Assembly (NCBI GenBank): GCA_964016885.1
Contig: OZ024746.1
Span: 53,382,001 to 53,446,000, forward strand
Reading direction: 5' to 3'
DNA from: Eledone cirrhosa
Taxonomy: Eukaryota
DNA: 64,000 nt
Part shown: one piece after another, positions 53,174 to 64,000 of the stretch
Layout: each line of letters starts with the position of its first letter
How positions within the stretch are numbered: the first letter of the stretch is position 1
Program-made: the position numbers and the translations under genes
The notes under the pieces: model-generated
What the model was told of the DNA's origin: nothing
The model's database searches: none
Seen by the model: only the letters and a program-made list of their open reading frames with translations

Positions 53174-54039
53174 ATAATATATATATATATTCAAAATAGG
53201 GAGCGCACAGACAAAGACAATAAAAAAATTAAAAAAACAGCGGAAAGACGGACAGTCCCATCTCCTTAGTCAACCTCTGGAAATCTCTACGGTTTCGGTG
53301 CATTAAGGTCGATATATAAGTGCTAAGAGAATTTACATGCTTTGGTAGTACGAAGGGTGCTTTGATTCATGAAATATCGATATTCGTTGTTTTACTTTTA
53401 TTCATTTAGATTTCATTTGAGCCTCTGCTTATTGATAGAGTATTTTGGATTATTGAGTGAATTTTAAGCCCTCGATAATAATATCCAAGTAATAGTCGAC
53501 TCCATAAATTTAACCTAAAAAAAAGCCAATCTAATCCAATTGAGTAGATATAGCAATCAGCAGACAGCGTCTGGTCTATGTTTGAAATCAACATAAGCTA
53601 TAAATTATTTGCTAATCCAGAAGACGTATCTAAAAAAAACCCAGAAAAGCAACAAACAAAAACAAAATACAAAAAAAACAACAACCAAAAAAACAAAAAC
53701 AATTACACAGACTATAAAGGACATCGTCAGATCGGGACGAAGAAACGTTTCCATTTGTTTTTCTATTGCTGATATAATCTACTGGTTGCAACTCCTGGTA
53801 GAGGTGGCAGGATTTAAACTCAGAACGCTCAGAGCCGATTCAGATATCGCCAAGCATCCAGTCAGGTTTTTAAATGATTCAGCCAGTCCATCACCTCCTG
53901 GATTAGTATTGTATTTATCGATCAGGAAAGGATGAACAGCAAAGGTGAGTTCGGTGGATTTTGAACTCAGAATGCAGGGAGCCGGAACAAATACAGAGGT
54001 ATATAATCCGACGCTTAAACGGCTCTGCCATCAACTCAT

Positions 54040-54505
54040 CTGTAAAACAAACCCTTCTTCGCCCACTTATTCCTGAGAGGATCGTGGGGGCAGAGTCCTC
54101 AAACACCCTTTCCTGCGGGTCCTGTCAGAAGCAACCATCTCCGACTAACCCGACTGGATCCCTAAGCAAAACCAGCTAAGCTCATGGATGTTACTCAACC
54201 ATCTTGCTCGGGATTTACCTCTGGGTCTCCAGCTGGTTGATTTTGCCTGTGACTGGATCCCTAAGCAAGACCAGCTAAGCTCATGGATGTTACCCAACCA
54301 TCTTGCTCGGGATTTACCTCTGGGTCTCCAGCTGGTTGATTTTGCCCGTAAAATCTGCCCAGCTATTCTAACCACATGTCTATAATACCGGAGCTGTGAT
54401 ATCTCAATTCGGAGAAGTAGCTGCTCTAACTCCAGTGAATCTCTGATCTCCGAGCTACACACAATCGAGTAACGTTACTTCAAAGACCCTTCCAAGGAAC
54501 CCCAT
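54040..54505 (-). mobile_element. Old RTE 3' fragment with a 99-bp internal tandem duplication
   Basis: SSEIRDSL..LRIEISQLRYYRHVVR..RPRGK; duplicated units start at 54152 and 54251. Confidence 0.8.
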
Positions 54506-55011
54506 ACGTTTTAGATGGTCCCTTCCTATTTTATATATAAAAAAAAACTTTTGATATGTTACTATTTTAGTAATGAAATAATACTTAATTTTAGTAAGTC
54601 TCTTGAAATTCTTCATTAATTAATTGAAAAAGAATGTATTTAATTAGAACTGTGGTAACGAAAGGGTTAACAACCTTGGATAACATCCGTGTGGTTTTTG
54701 TTTCAATAATACTACAAAAGTTCGGTAAGTGGTTTCTACCACAGAGAGAGAGAGAGAGAGATAAGACTCAATGAGTGGGACTCAAAGATAACATATTAAG
54801 GAAGTAAATACTACAATTTAGCAATCAATGAAAAATATTTGTATGTGTAGCCGCCGTGCAACCTGAACTCATTAAGCAATACCTCTCTTATGCACTAAAT
54901 TGCATTGGCGAGGGTGTGGCTGAACAGGAATTTAGACGATTTTGTTCATTTGCCCCATATATCTGTTTCTTTTTACGTGTGCAACTTTGCTATCTATCTA
55001 TCTATCTACAG

Positions 55012-55322
55012 TAAATTTACTGAAAGGTAGGTGAATGAAGCGAAAATGACCCGAGTGATTGGGCCTTCTCTGTTTATAAGCCTGTAGGTTAAAGAAGAAA
55101 GCAACAGGAAGAAGGGAGCACTTGCACAACACGCTCCTGAAGTTGAGGGTTGTTCTATCGACGGGGTATTAAACAACCCATTTGTGGCGCTTCCCCCTAT
55201 TGGGGATTTCGATTGTTGTAATTGTTTGTTTCAATATTTTTACACGACTGTATGTAAAATCCCGGCATGTGTCTTTGTATTGTCCCCATTTCTTGTACGC
55301 CCTTGTGGCAAATAAAGAAATA
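55012..55322 (+). mobile_element. Tx1/L1-type LINE 3' end, copy 2
   Basis: Homologous to 41230-41545; flanked by TATCTATCTACAG on both sides. Confidence 0.6.
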
Positions 55323-55330
55323 TATCTATC

Positions 55331-55333
<3 letters not shown>

Positions 55334-55372
<39 letters not shown>

Positions 55373-55402
55373 GAGAGAGAGAGAACGAGAGAGAGAGAGA
55401 AC

Positions 55403-55446
<44 letters not shown>

Positions 55447-55620
55447 AAGAGAGAGAAAGAGAGAGAAAGAGAGAGAAAGAGAGAGAAAGAGAGAGAAAGA
55501 GAGAGAACGGGTGAGAGAGAACGGGTGAGAGAGAACGGGTGAGAGAGAAAGGGTGAGAGAGAAAGAGAGAGAAAGGGTGAGAGAGAAAGAGAGAGAAAGG
55601 GTGAGAGAGAAAGGGAGAGA
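55334..55620. repeat. (GA)n compound microsatellite
   Basis: Directly visible. Confidence 0.97.
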
Positions 55621-55825
55621 TCTTAAAACGTCGGATTGGATTCTTTGCCTTTCATCCTTTGGAAGTCGATAAAAATAAAGTACCAGTCCAGTTTTGCAGA
55701 ATGATACTTCCTGACTCCCCCCCCCCCACTTCCTCTCCATCACCCTCTCTCTCTGTGGAAGAAATTGGACCTGGAAAGTTGATGCTCATATGACTCCATC
55801 AGGAATTATGGGTCCATACATACAT

Positions 55826-56218
55826 GGTGGCTGCCAACTCGTTTTCGAGTACGGCCACTACTTTATATCCATGTAGGAGAACCCCTACCGATGCGCTGAA
55901 CAAGTGTGACTTTTTAGTCCAGCCAGCGACTTGAAAAGTCTGGTACAAACACTACACTTGTGACAATTATTGACACAGTGCTGGGCCCATGGTACCATCT
56001 GACGACAAGTGCAAAGAGATCTCCAGATATAAAGCAATGCCTGTGCCGTGAAGCTTTTATAGTGAGCACTGCACAAAGCCAGTCCCACTCTCTTAACCAA
56101 GATGATATTTACCAAAAAGAAGAACAAGTCAGCATCATTGGATACCATCAGGGTTGCAGGTGTTATATCAGAGTTTTCATTCTCCTAGAATTCTGCCTTG
56201 ACAAAGGCTAAGGGGTCA
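55826..56218 (-). mobile_element. Bipartite RTE-derived element, copy 3 (5'-truncated)
   Basis: Homologous to the 12558 family; CATACATACAT on both flanks. Confidence 0.8.
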
Positions 56219-56251
56219 TACATACATACATAGATACATACATACATACAT

Positions 56252-56313
<62 letters not shown>

Positions 56314-56315
56314 AC

Positions 56316-56690
56316 CATCATCATCACCGTTTTACGTCCATTCTTCCACGCTAGTATGGGTTAGACGGATTGTCCTATTGTGGGCAATGCTAGGTCAGGT
56401 GACCATATCTTGCTCATACAGGAACTGATTTTGGTTTGATTTTTACAGCTGGATGCCCTTCCTAACACCAACCTCATTTACAGTGAGTACTGGGTGTTTT
56501 TTTTTTACCATGGCACCTACACGACCAATTTACAGTGTGGACTGGGTACTTTTTTGTTGTCACGCCTACACGACCACTTTACAGTGGGATGGAGGGGGCG
56601 GGGGGCATACTGTCTATATGCTTCAGTTTCGGCTTGTACCCGTGGGAAGTCGGGTCTTCTGTATTACTGCGTAACGCCAGAGGTATCGGT
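56316..56690 (-). mobile_element. RTE subfamily B-related 3' end
   Basis: 3'UTR homology. Confidence 0.88.
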
Positions 56691-57198
56691 CAGGGATGCT
56701 GGCAAAGGGTATGCATTATGTAACATAGAAAGTTCAAACAGAGGTGTATTTGTTTACAGGGTGTTGCTAGAAAGCGACTAGTTAGACAGATAACTACATT
56801 TTGTCAATGTGGTGGTCGTGGTTGGGTCAGCTGTATAGTGATTAAATGACGTTTACACTGGCCTTAAAATAAGGACAATCCAACTTCTCTTTAGGCACGG
56901 CCTATCCTAAATGACACACATCATATATATATATGTATATATATATATGTATATATATATACATATATATGTATACACACACACATATATATACACACAC
57001 ACATATACATACACACACATATACATACACACACATATACACATATATATATATATGTATGTGTATGTATACATACACACATACACATACATATATATAT
57101 GTGTGTATGTATATATACATACACATACATATATGTGTGTATGTATATATACATACACACGCACACACATATATACATACTCACACACACATACACAT

Positions 57199-57249
<51 letters not shown>

Positions 57250-57422
57250 CACATATATACACGCACATCACGTTGTGTTTAAATTTATACAGGTAAATGT
57301 AGAGAAATGTTTTGATATATATATATATATATATATATTAAGATAAGTAGAACAAGCAAAATTCAACCAATTTTTTAAAATAAATAAAAAAATATAATTT
57401 AAATATTTACCTATCCTTATCG

Positions 57423-57501
57423 CCCTGACCGATCGGTTTCGCTTTGTAAAACACCAGAAATCCAATGGATTTCTAATGGAAAATCAAAGTTCATCAGAGA
57501 A
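57423..57501 (-). ncRNA. Type I hammerhead ribozyme
   Basis: Minus strand TTCT-CTGATGA-ACTTTG..CAAAGC-GAAAC-CGATCG-GTC-AGGG: complete core, palindromic stem III, GUC cleavage triplet. Confidence 0.72.
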
Positions 57502-57944
57502 GCATTTTTATTTCCTAGGGCTAAAGACCCAGGAACGATAAAATATATCGCCTTCCGCCAGCTAGCACAGATCTAATGAGGTCGAAAAGTGACCCGTACG
57601 TGAACCAGTCCGAAGTAAAAGCGGGAAAAAACATAGACGAGCTGTCTATCTACTACTAAAAATAGCAGCTAAATAAAACAACAGATGATTTGTTCTCTAC
57701 ATAACGGAGAATAATAATAGAAGTTAATATACCCAAGGATACTAAGTACCCCTGGAAATATATAGGTTGTCGATGATTCAAGGTTGTTCAATGGTATTAA
57801 TTTGACATACCAGAACTATAATATTAAGATAAGCAGAATAAGCAAAATTCAACCAATTTTTTAAAATAAACATTGAACAACCTTGAATCATAGACAACCT
57901 ATATATTTCCAGGGGTACTTAGTATCCTTGGGTATATTAACTTC

Positions 57945-58013
<69 letters not shown>

Positions 58014-58221
58014 TAAACAAATAATGAACAAACAATTCCTTATATTAAACAAAAAAAGTTCACTATTTAACGATCGTTTCTAGGGTATATATGTGTTATA
58101 ATTGGTATGCATATTTAACAGATCTATGTACAAAATTATACAAAATTATACAAATTATCAAGATTAAATATACATACCTAACTCATATATACGCCGTCTT
58201 CAGAAATAATGTTTCAGAATA

Positions 58222-58370
58222 ATTATTTCTGAAGACGGCGTATATATGAGTTAGGTATGTATATTTAATCTTGATAATTTGTATAATTTTGTATAATTTT
58301 GTACATAGATCTGTTAAATATGCATACCAATTATAACACATATATACCCTAGAAACGATCGTTAAATAGT
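58222..58370 (+). ncRNA. Type I hammerhead ribozyme-like fold with extended stem II
   Basis: ATTATTT-CTGAAGA-[116-nt hairpin]-GAAAC-GATC-GTT-AAATAGT; mirror copy on the minus strand at ~58062-58210. Confidence 0.6.
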
Positions 58371-58558
58371 GAACTTTTTTTGTTTAATATAAGGAATTGT
58401 TTGTTCATTATTTGTTTAATATTTTATCTTGACTCTGTATACCGTTTATCTTTCACCGAAATTGGATTTTCATTACATCTCTTCTTTCCATGATATCCGG
58501 AATACATTGAGTTCTTCATACGGATTGGACACTACCGTAAACTCTTGGTAGATTTATC

Positions 58559-58593
<35 letters not shown>

Positions 58594-59201
58594 TACTTGA
58601 TTTAGAAGCCGCAGAAACCCAAATACTGGATTTTACCAACCTTCCAGGGGTCCGGGTAAATTTTCAATACCCGAATTACTTGATCGTTTTTTGGCTATGC
58701 GAATGATTGTTTAACCATCGTCTCAGTGTGTTTGGCCTTTAACGCTTGTTATAGCTCTGGTTCATCTGAATCATTGAACACTTGCCACACATCTCGGAGG
58801 TTGTTTTTCGTTATTTCGTGGGCCGAAATACGATTCTCGATAATTTATGTTTGTTTTTATATATATATATATATATATCCCCATCCACTCCACCATCACC
58901 ACCTCTCTGGTCCGCTCTCTACTACGACCATCTCACTGCCAGTCTAACTAATGCCCTCCACTATAACCACCACCACGTAACGGGCAACAGATAATGGTGT
59001 GTATAGATTTTCTATTCTTTTCCAACGCCCTCTATTGTGGTTAGTTAGAACTGGTGGTGGCAGGACTTATTAAATATACATGTGGAATATCAACTTACCA
59101 CCACCACTACTACCACTACCACTACTACCAGCACTGAATTGGCACAGAGCCAACGTTGTCGATTAAACTGTTAGAAATAGCTATGAATGACTCCTCTAGC
59201 C

Positions 59202-59490
59202 AGGGCCCGATATAGACCTTCAGGTTTTTGGGGACCCCTCACACACAAAAAATTAGCATACACAGCAAACCCCAAATTTTACATATCAAAGTCAGTTTGG
59301 TGCAATTAATTGAAATTGAAAAGTTATACATACAAGTATTAGATTAAAAAAACTTAACCAACCTAAAACTAAAAAGCCGAACTGAGGGCACAAAAATTAC
59401 TACAGCCATTGCTGGTGGGACCCTCCTCCCACTGCAGGAGGCCCGGGGAAATCCCCCCCCCCTTCTTTCCTCCCATTAAATCCGACCCTG
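59202..59490. mobile_element. Probable hAT-type MITE
   Basis: Imperfect TIRs CAGGGCCCGATATA and TAAATCCGACCCTG. Confidence 0.5.
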
Positions 59491-59575
59491 CCTGTAGAAA
59501 TACAAATAGAAGATAACGTGAGGCCTTATGATACCCGAGAAAACATGTATAAGATGAGACCCCATTTGTTTTTTA

Positions 59576-59836
59576 GTGGTTGAGTATTCCAGAGACACGT
59601 GTTCCGTTAATGTCGTCCTCAGGGAGACTCAGCATGCAACAATGTGTAAGTGGCCAAGCATTCCACAGACACATGCACACCCATAATGTATTTCTCAGGG
59701 AGATTCAGCATGCAACAATGTGTAAGTGGCTGAGCATTCCACAGACATGCACCTCCATAATGTATTTCTCGGGGAGATTCAGCATGCAACAATGTGTAAT
59801 TGGCAGAGCATTCCACAGACACGTGTACCTAATGTA
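59576..59836. repeat. ~73-bp tandem repeat (3.5 units) derived from a dispersed repeat
   Basis: GAGCATTCCACAGACA..TAATGTATTTCTCAGGGAGATTCAGCATGCAACAATGTGTAA; single related copies near 9710 and 17435. Confidence 0.85.
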
Positions 59837-60159
59837 ATGCGATGGTCCTTCAGTTTCCCATTTACCTAGTTTCAGGTTCAACCCCAAGGTTATGGTCAAG
59901 GCCACGTAATGGGATCGAACCCAGCTCCTCGGGATTGTGAGACGTATTTTTTCATCACTCCGACAAACCTACTTGTATGTATGTGTGTTTGAGCATGTTT
60001 ATGTGAGAAGTAAACGGATAAACAACATGAAAACGATACAGTACAATGAAGGCATATGTTAGTGTGATACTTGTAGCAGGAAAACTAAATTTCGTACACG
60101 TGGGAGTCGCAGGTGCGCTAACCTGACACATTGTGCACTGTCGGTTTGAGATAGGGGGG

Positions 60160-60160
60160 G

Positions 60161-60256
<96 letters not shown>

Positions 60257-60379
60257 GCGAGAAAGAGAGAGAGAAAGAGAGAGAAAGAGAGAGAGGGAGA
60301 GAGAAATAGAGAGAGGGAGAGAGAGAGAAAGAGAGAGAGAGAGAGGGAGAGAGAGAGGGAGATAGAGAGGGAGAGAGAA

Positions 60380-60426
<47 letters not shown>
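60160..60426. repeat. (GA)n microsatellite
   Basis: Directly visible. Confidence 0.97.
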
Positions 60427-60429
<3 letters not shown>

Positions 60430-60993
60430 TAACCACTGTATCTGGATACAACTTTATCGAACTTGAAAGGACGAAAGGCAATATTTGAACTTAGAACGTA
60501 GTGAACCGTAAATCATACCGAAACATTTTAAATCCGACGTCCTAACGACTGTCAATTCCTTCCCCACTACATACATAGATAGATAAGACATAAATATAGC
60601 TAGTTACAACATTACCGGATGTCGAGTTTGAACCTTGGTGGTCGAGGTTCACTTGTTATGACGTCTACAGTAACAGTTGTTATCACAGTGTGGAGGCTCA
60701 TAAGAACATATTCCCCACCCTATCAAACCTTGACACTTCAATCTACACTGGCACCTACTTGTCCAGGATAACACACGAGACAAAGATAAAATGGATACGA
60801 CACTCCCCCCCCCACCTCTCCCACTGTACCATTTCCATAAGATTTGGAAACCAACCGTAAAACTCAGGTCCGTAGGTTCAAATTTCAACCTCGTCCCACC
60901 TTTACATTGGACTCGGCAGAAACCTGACAACATGCCCCAAATAATTTTTTTCTTATCACTTAGTCAGGGCAGCGCCTATGAACATTTATCATC

Positions 60994-61191
60994 ATAACAG
61001 ATCTGTCAACTCTCCCCGTCGGGTGGGGAGATCTCCCACCCATTTTGGGGTTAGTGAGAGATGTCTTCTCTTGTGAAAATGGGTAGAGCTTTCATTATGT
61101 AAACTCATTTTGCCTCATTTCTCCCCGTTTTGGGGCACTTTTTTTCATGGTACTCCCCGTTTGGATTTTTAGAGGTTGGCAGGTCTGTTAT
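60994..61191. mobile_element. MITE with ~20-bp TIRs
   Basis: ATAACAGATCTGTCAACTCT and AGAGGTTGGCAGGTCTGTTAT, with internal CTCCCCGT subterminal repeats. Confidence 0.6.
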
Positions 61192-62879
61192 AGGACATAT
61201 ATTGTGTTTGAGAAGGAAGCAAATTTAGCAGTCGAAGGTTCTCAGAGATTCAGACCACACTCCTCACCATGCAGTCCCAGGTTTCTCCAATTCCTCTTCA
61301 TTTTGAAATGTCCTCTATTTTTCATCAGAGTATCATTAACACGAACAAGCTTTTATATTCTCAATGATCACACAATCTGGCGATACCTAGAAACCCAAAT
61401 CACCCCCCCCCCCCCCTGCAATCAAAGGTTCATTCAGTTCCTCATTTTGAATTGTCAAGGAGTTATTTTTCGCCCGAGCATTTTAACACGAGAAAGTTTT
61501 TCAAACGTCATTAATTGCATAGTCACAAATGGGATGAAGTTTGTACCACAGGCTTTTGGGACCTTAATTCGTGATCTGCCTTATAATTGGGTGTACTGGT
61601 AATTCGTTTGATACACATACACAAGATAGATTGATCTTTCCTAGTTTGGATTCCTTCCCTGTCTAACATTTTCCCTCAATTTCTCCCTTGGCAAAAGTTC
61701 TTCCCTTGGGAACTAAGTGCCTGCTGTTTGAGAATCACCAAGTTAGAGCGCCGGATCTTGACGAGGGGACATCTAGATGTCCCTCCACTACAGATCTTGA
61801 TTCATAACAAATTAGCATGCATTTGTAGTTACTATTTTATTAACGTCCCTTCCTGTCCTTGACTGAAGACAATTTCGAAGGTATAATAGTGACTTATTTA
61901 TAGCAGACCAGAGTACTAACTTGTAATTACTGCTATTACTAGCAGATTACACGTCCGCCTACAGGATCATCTGTCCTTGACTCACAAGTTTGCATATATT
62001 AATAGTTAATGTCATTTCTAGCAGACTACCGAAAGTAACACTGTCCTTGATTTATTATAACAAGTATATATGTATTATAGTGCTTACTGTCATTTCTAAC
62101 ACATCACACGGCCATCTAACGGATACTCTCCGTCCTTGACACTTTATAGCAAGTTGGCATGTATTAGTGGTTACTTCCTTGTAATAGCAATGTTTACACA
62201 CTTTATAATTAATACATCTGTGAACTCATCCACATAGACCCACACATGCACACAGACATGTCTTACAAGACAGCTGCGGACTAACGGTGTCTTTCTATTA
62301 AATGGAAAAAAAAACAGCAGCCATTTTGTATTATAACTTAAACCTATTCTTGGTTACCAACAGTTATAATCGAGCTCTAGGGCAAACATGATCGAGCAGA
62401 CCTATGGTGAAAGGCCATTTCGGTGTAACCATCTCGCCCTTGTGTGTGAGTGTGTTTCTATCTGTATCTATAGCTATCCATCTCTATATCTATTCATCTC
62501 TTTATCTCTATCGATCTCTATATCACTATCTCGATATATCTATCTACTGATATATCTGTCTATCTATCTTTATTCATACCTATCGCTTACATATGTTGAG
62601 AACAACCAGATACTATACTGTCAACATGAAGTAACTTACAGCAATGGTGTACACACAGGGCAATCACAGGTACCACATTTGGTAAAAGAAATTAGGCAAC
62701 AATAGTGAACAAACGGTAATCGTAGGTACCACATTGGTCCACTAAAAAGAGACAAAAATCAATCGTGTACAAACAAACAGCAAACATAGGTACCACATAT
62801 GGTACCAGAGGACTTGTGAAGGATATGGGCCCTGTCCCTCCCCCAAGCAAAAATGAATAAATAAATAAAGAGATCAAGA

Positions 62880-63325
62880 GATCTTCAATTCGGTATTCGT
62901 TCCAACGTTACCTATGGTTATAAATCTGGGGTAATGACCGGAAGAATATGATCCCGAATATAAGCGGACGAAATGGTCTTTGGAGTAATTTTATGGGATA
63001 GTGTGCGTAGCTCGGAGATCAGAGAGTCGCTACAGGTAGAGTCGATATGTCTCCGAATTGAGAGATCAGAGCGCCGATATTACGGACACGAGGTTAGAAT
63101 GTCTCAGGAACGAATCGCTGGACTGATTTTATTGGAAAAAAACAACCAGCAGGAGATCCTGAACAAGATGGTTGGATAACATCTATTATGAGCTTGTCAG
63201 GTCTCATTCGGAGTTACAGCTAGACTAATTGGAGACGGGTCCTTCTGACAGGACCCACTGGAAGGCGTGCTTCCCTCCTAAGAAGTTCAAGGAACGTCTC
63301 ACTCAGGGTTGGGGAACATTATCCC
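62880..63325 (+). mobile_element. Old RTE 3' fragment (same family as the 54040 copy)
   Basis: DSVRSSEIRESLQVESICLRIERSERRYYGHEVRM. Confidence 0.75.
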
Positions 63326-63384
63326 AAGGGGCTAAATTGAGAGTACATAAGAATCTGCGAACTAGAAAAATCTCTAATACGATT

Positions 63385-63580
63385 TCTAGTATAGGCACAA
63401 GGCCAGTAATTTGGGGAGAGGGGAAAGTCGATTAAATCGACCCCAGTACGTTACTGGTGCTTTATTTTATCGACCCCGTAAGGATGAAAGGCAAAGTTAA
63501 CTTCGGCGGGATTTGAACTCAGACCGTAACTATGCTCCAAAGCATGGTGTCCGACTACCAATACTACCAATCTACCGCCC
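63385..63580 (-). mobile_element. SINE family 1
   Basis: Conserved body and head. Confidence 0.88.
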
Positions 63581-64000
63581 TTAGAAAAGTCTCTAATATA
63601 ATGAAACAGATATTGAGAATTCAAACGTAACTTCAATGGGATTAAAGACAAGCCGACCCCTCACCCGGTGGGGTTGGACCTTAGAAAATAGAGACGTGAC
63701 TAAACAATTCTGTAAGATATTCTCCTCGAAAGCTGTACATATTTTGCTAATCCCAACACACATGCACTAACACAGACACACACAAACACACGCACCCCCT
63801 CCCACAAATGAAACAATTCGGATCACCAAATACAAACGATCCAACTGGAGAACTACTAGACGGTCGTTACACCTGCTAGAAATAGCAACGAAGTTTCCAC
63901 AGAAATCACAACTTACTGTTTTATTAACACAAGAACAGATTAAACTGCTATCTAAATATACAAAAAAAAAAAGACATGGTGGTCACAGTTGGATCGCAGA

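Larger units (their letters stand above)
57338..58560. mobile_element. Penelope-like element remnants with direct and inverted pseudo-LTR repeats
   Basis: Direct repeat 57338-57384 / 57823-57870; inverted repeats 57713-57793 / 57871-57950 and 58006-58210 / 58222-58426; hammerhead motifs; embedded in (TA)n. Confidence 0.65.

Noticed and set aside
53280-53570. Possible minus-strand hammerhead (CTGCTGA ... GAAACCGTA)
   Set aside because: Core halves are ~255 nt apart with a non-canonical core and no convincing stems.
61147-61602. 151-aa ORF as a host gene
   Set aside because: No recognisable domain; starts inside a MITE and lacks exon evidence.

Overview
AT-rich, repeat-saturated eukaryotic (animal) DNA. 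The SINE and LINE repertoire and microsatellite density suggest a coleoid cephalopod such as Octopus (inference, no database search run). I found no convincing host protein-coding exon, rRNA, true tRNA or CRISPR array, so the window looks intergenic or deep intronic. It holds kb-scale (AT)n/(CA)n/(GA)n/(GGT)n tracts and at least five RTE-clade LINE subfamilies, one with a 666-aa RT ORF. It also has fragments of CR1-group, Tx1/L1, CRE and R4-like LINEs, and two tRNA-derived SINE families in many copies. Other elements are non-autonomous bipartite RTE derivatives, hAT- and piggyBac-type MITEs, and 50-bp and 56-bp minisatellites. Most notable are Penelope-like remnants at 57.3-58.6 kb carrying type I hammerhead ribozyme folds (one with a ~115-nt stem II, duplicated in a ~420-bp palindrome), a candidate recursive splice site (Y-tract-CAG|GTGAGT) on the minus strand at 22.7 kb, and several large inverted-repeat structures. 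Almost all non-RT ORFs in the supplied track are microsatellite or antisense artefacts. Subfamily labels A-E are my own.
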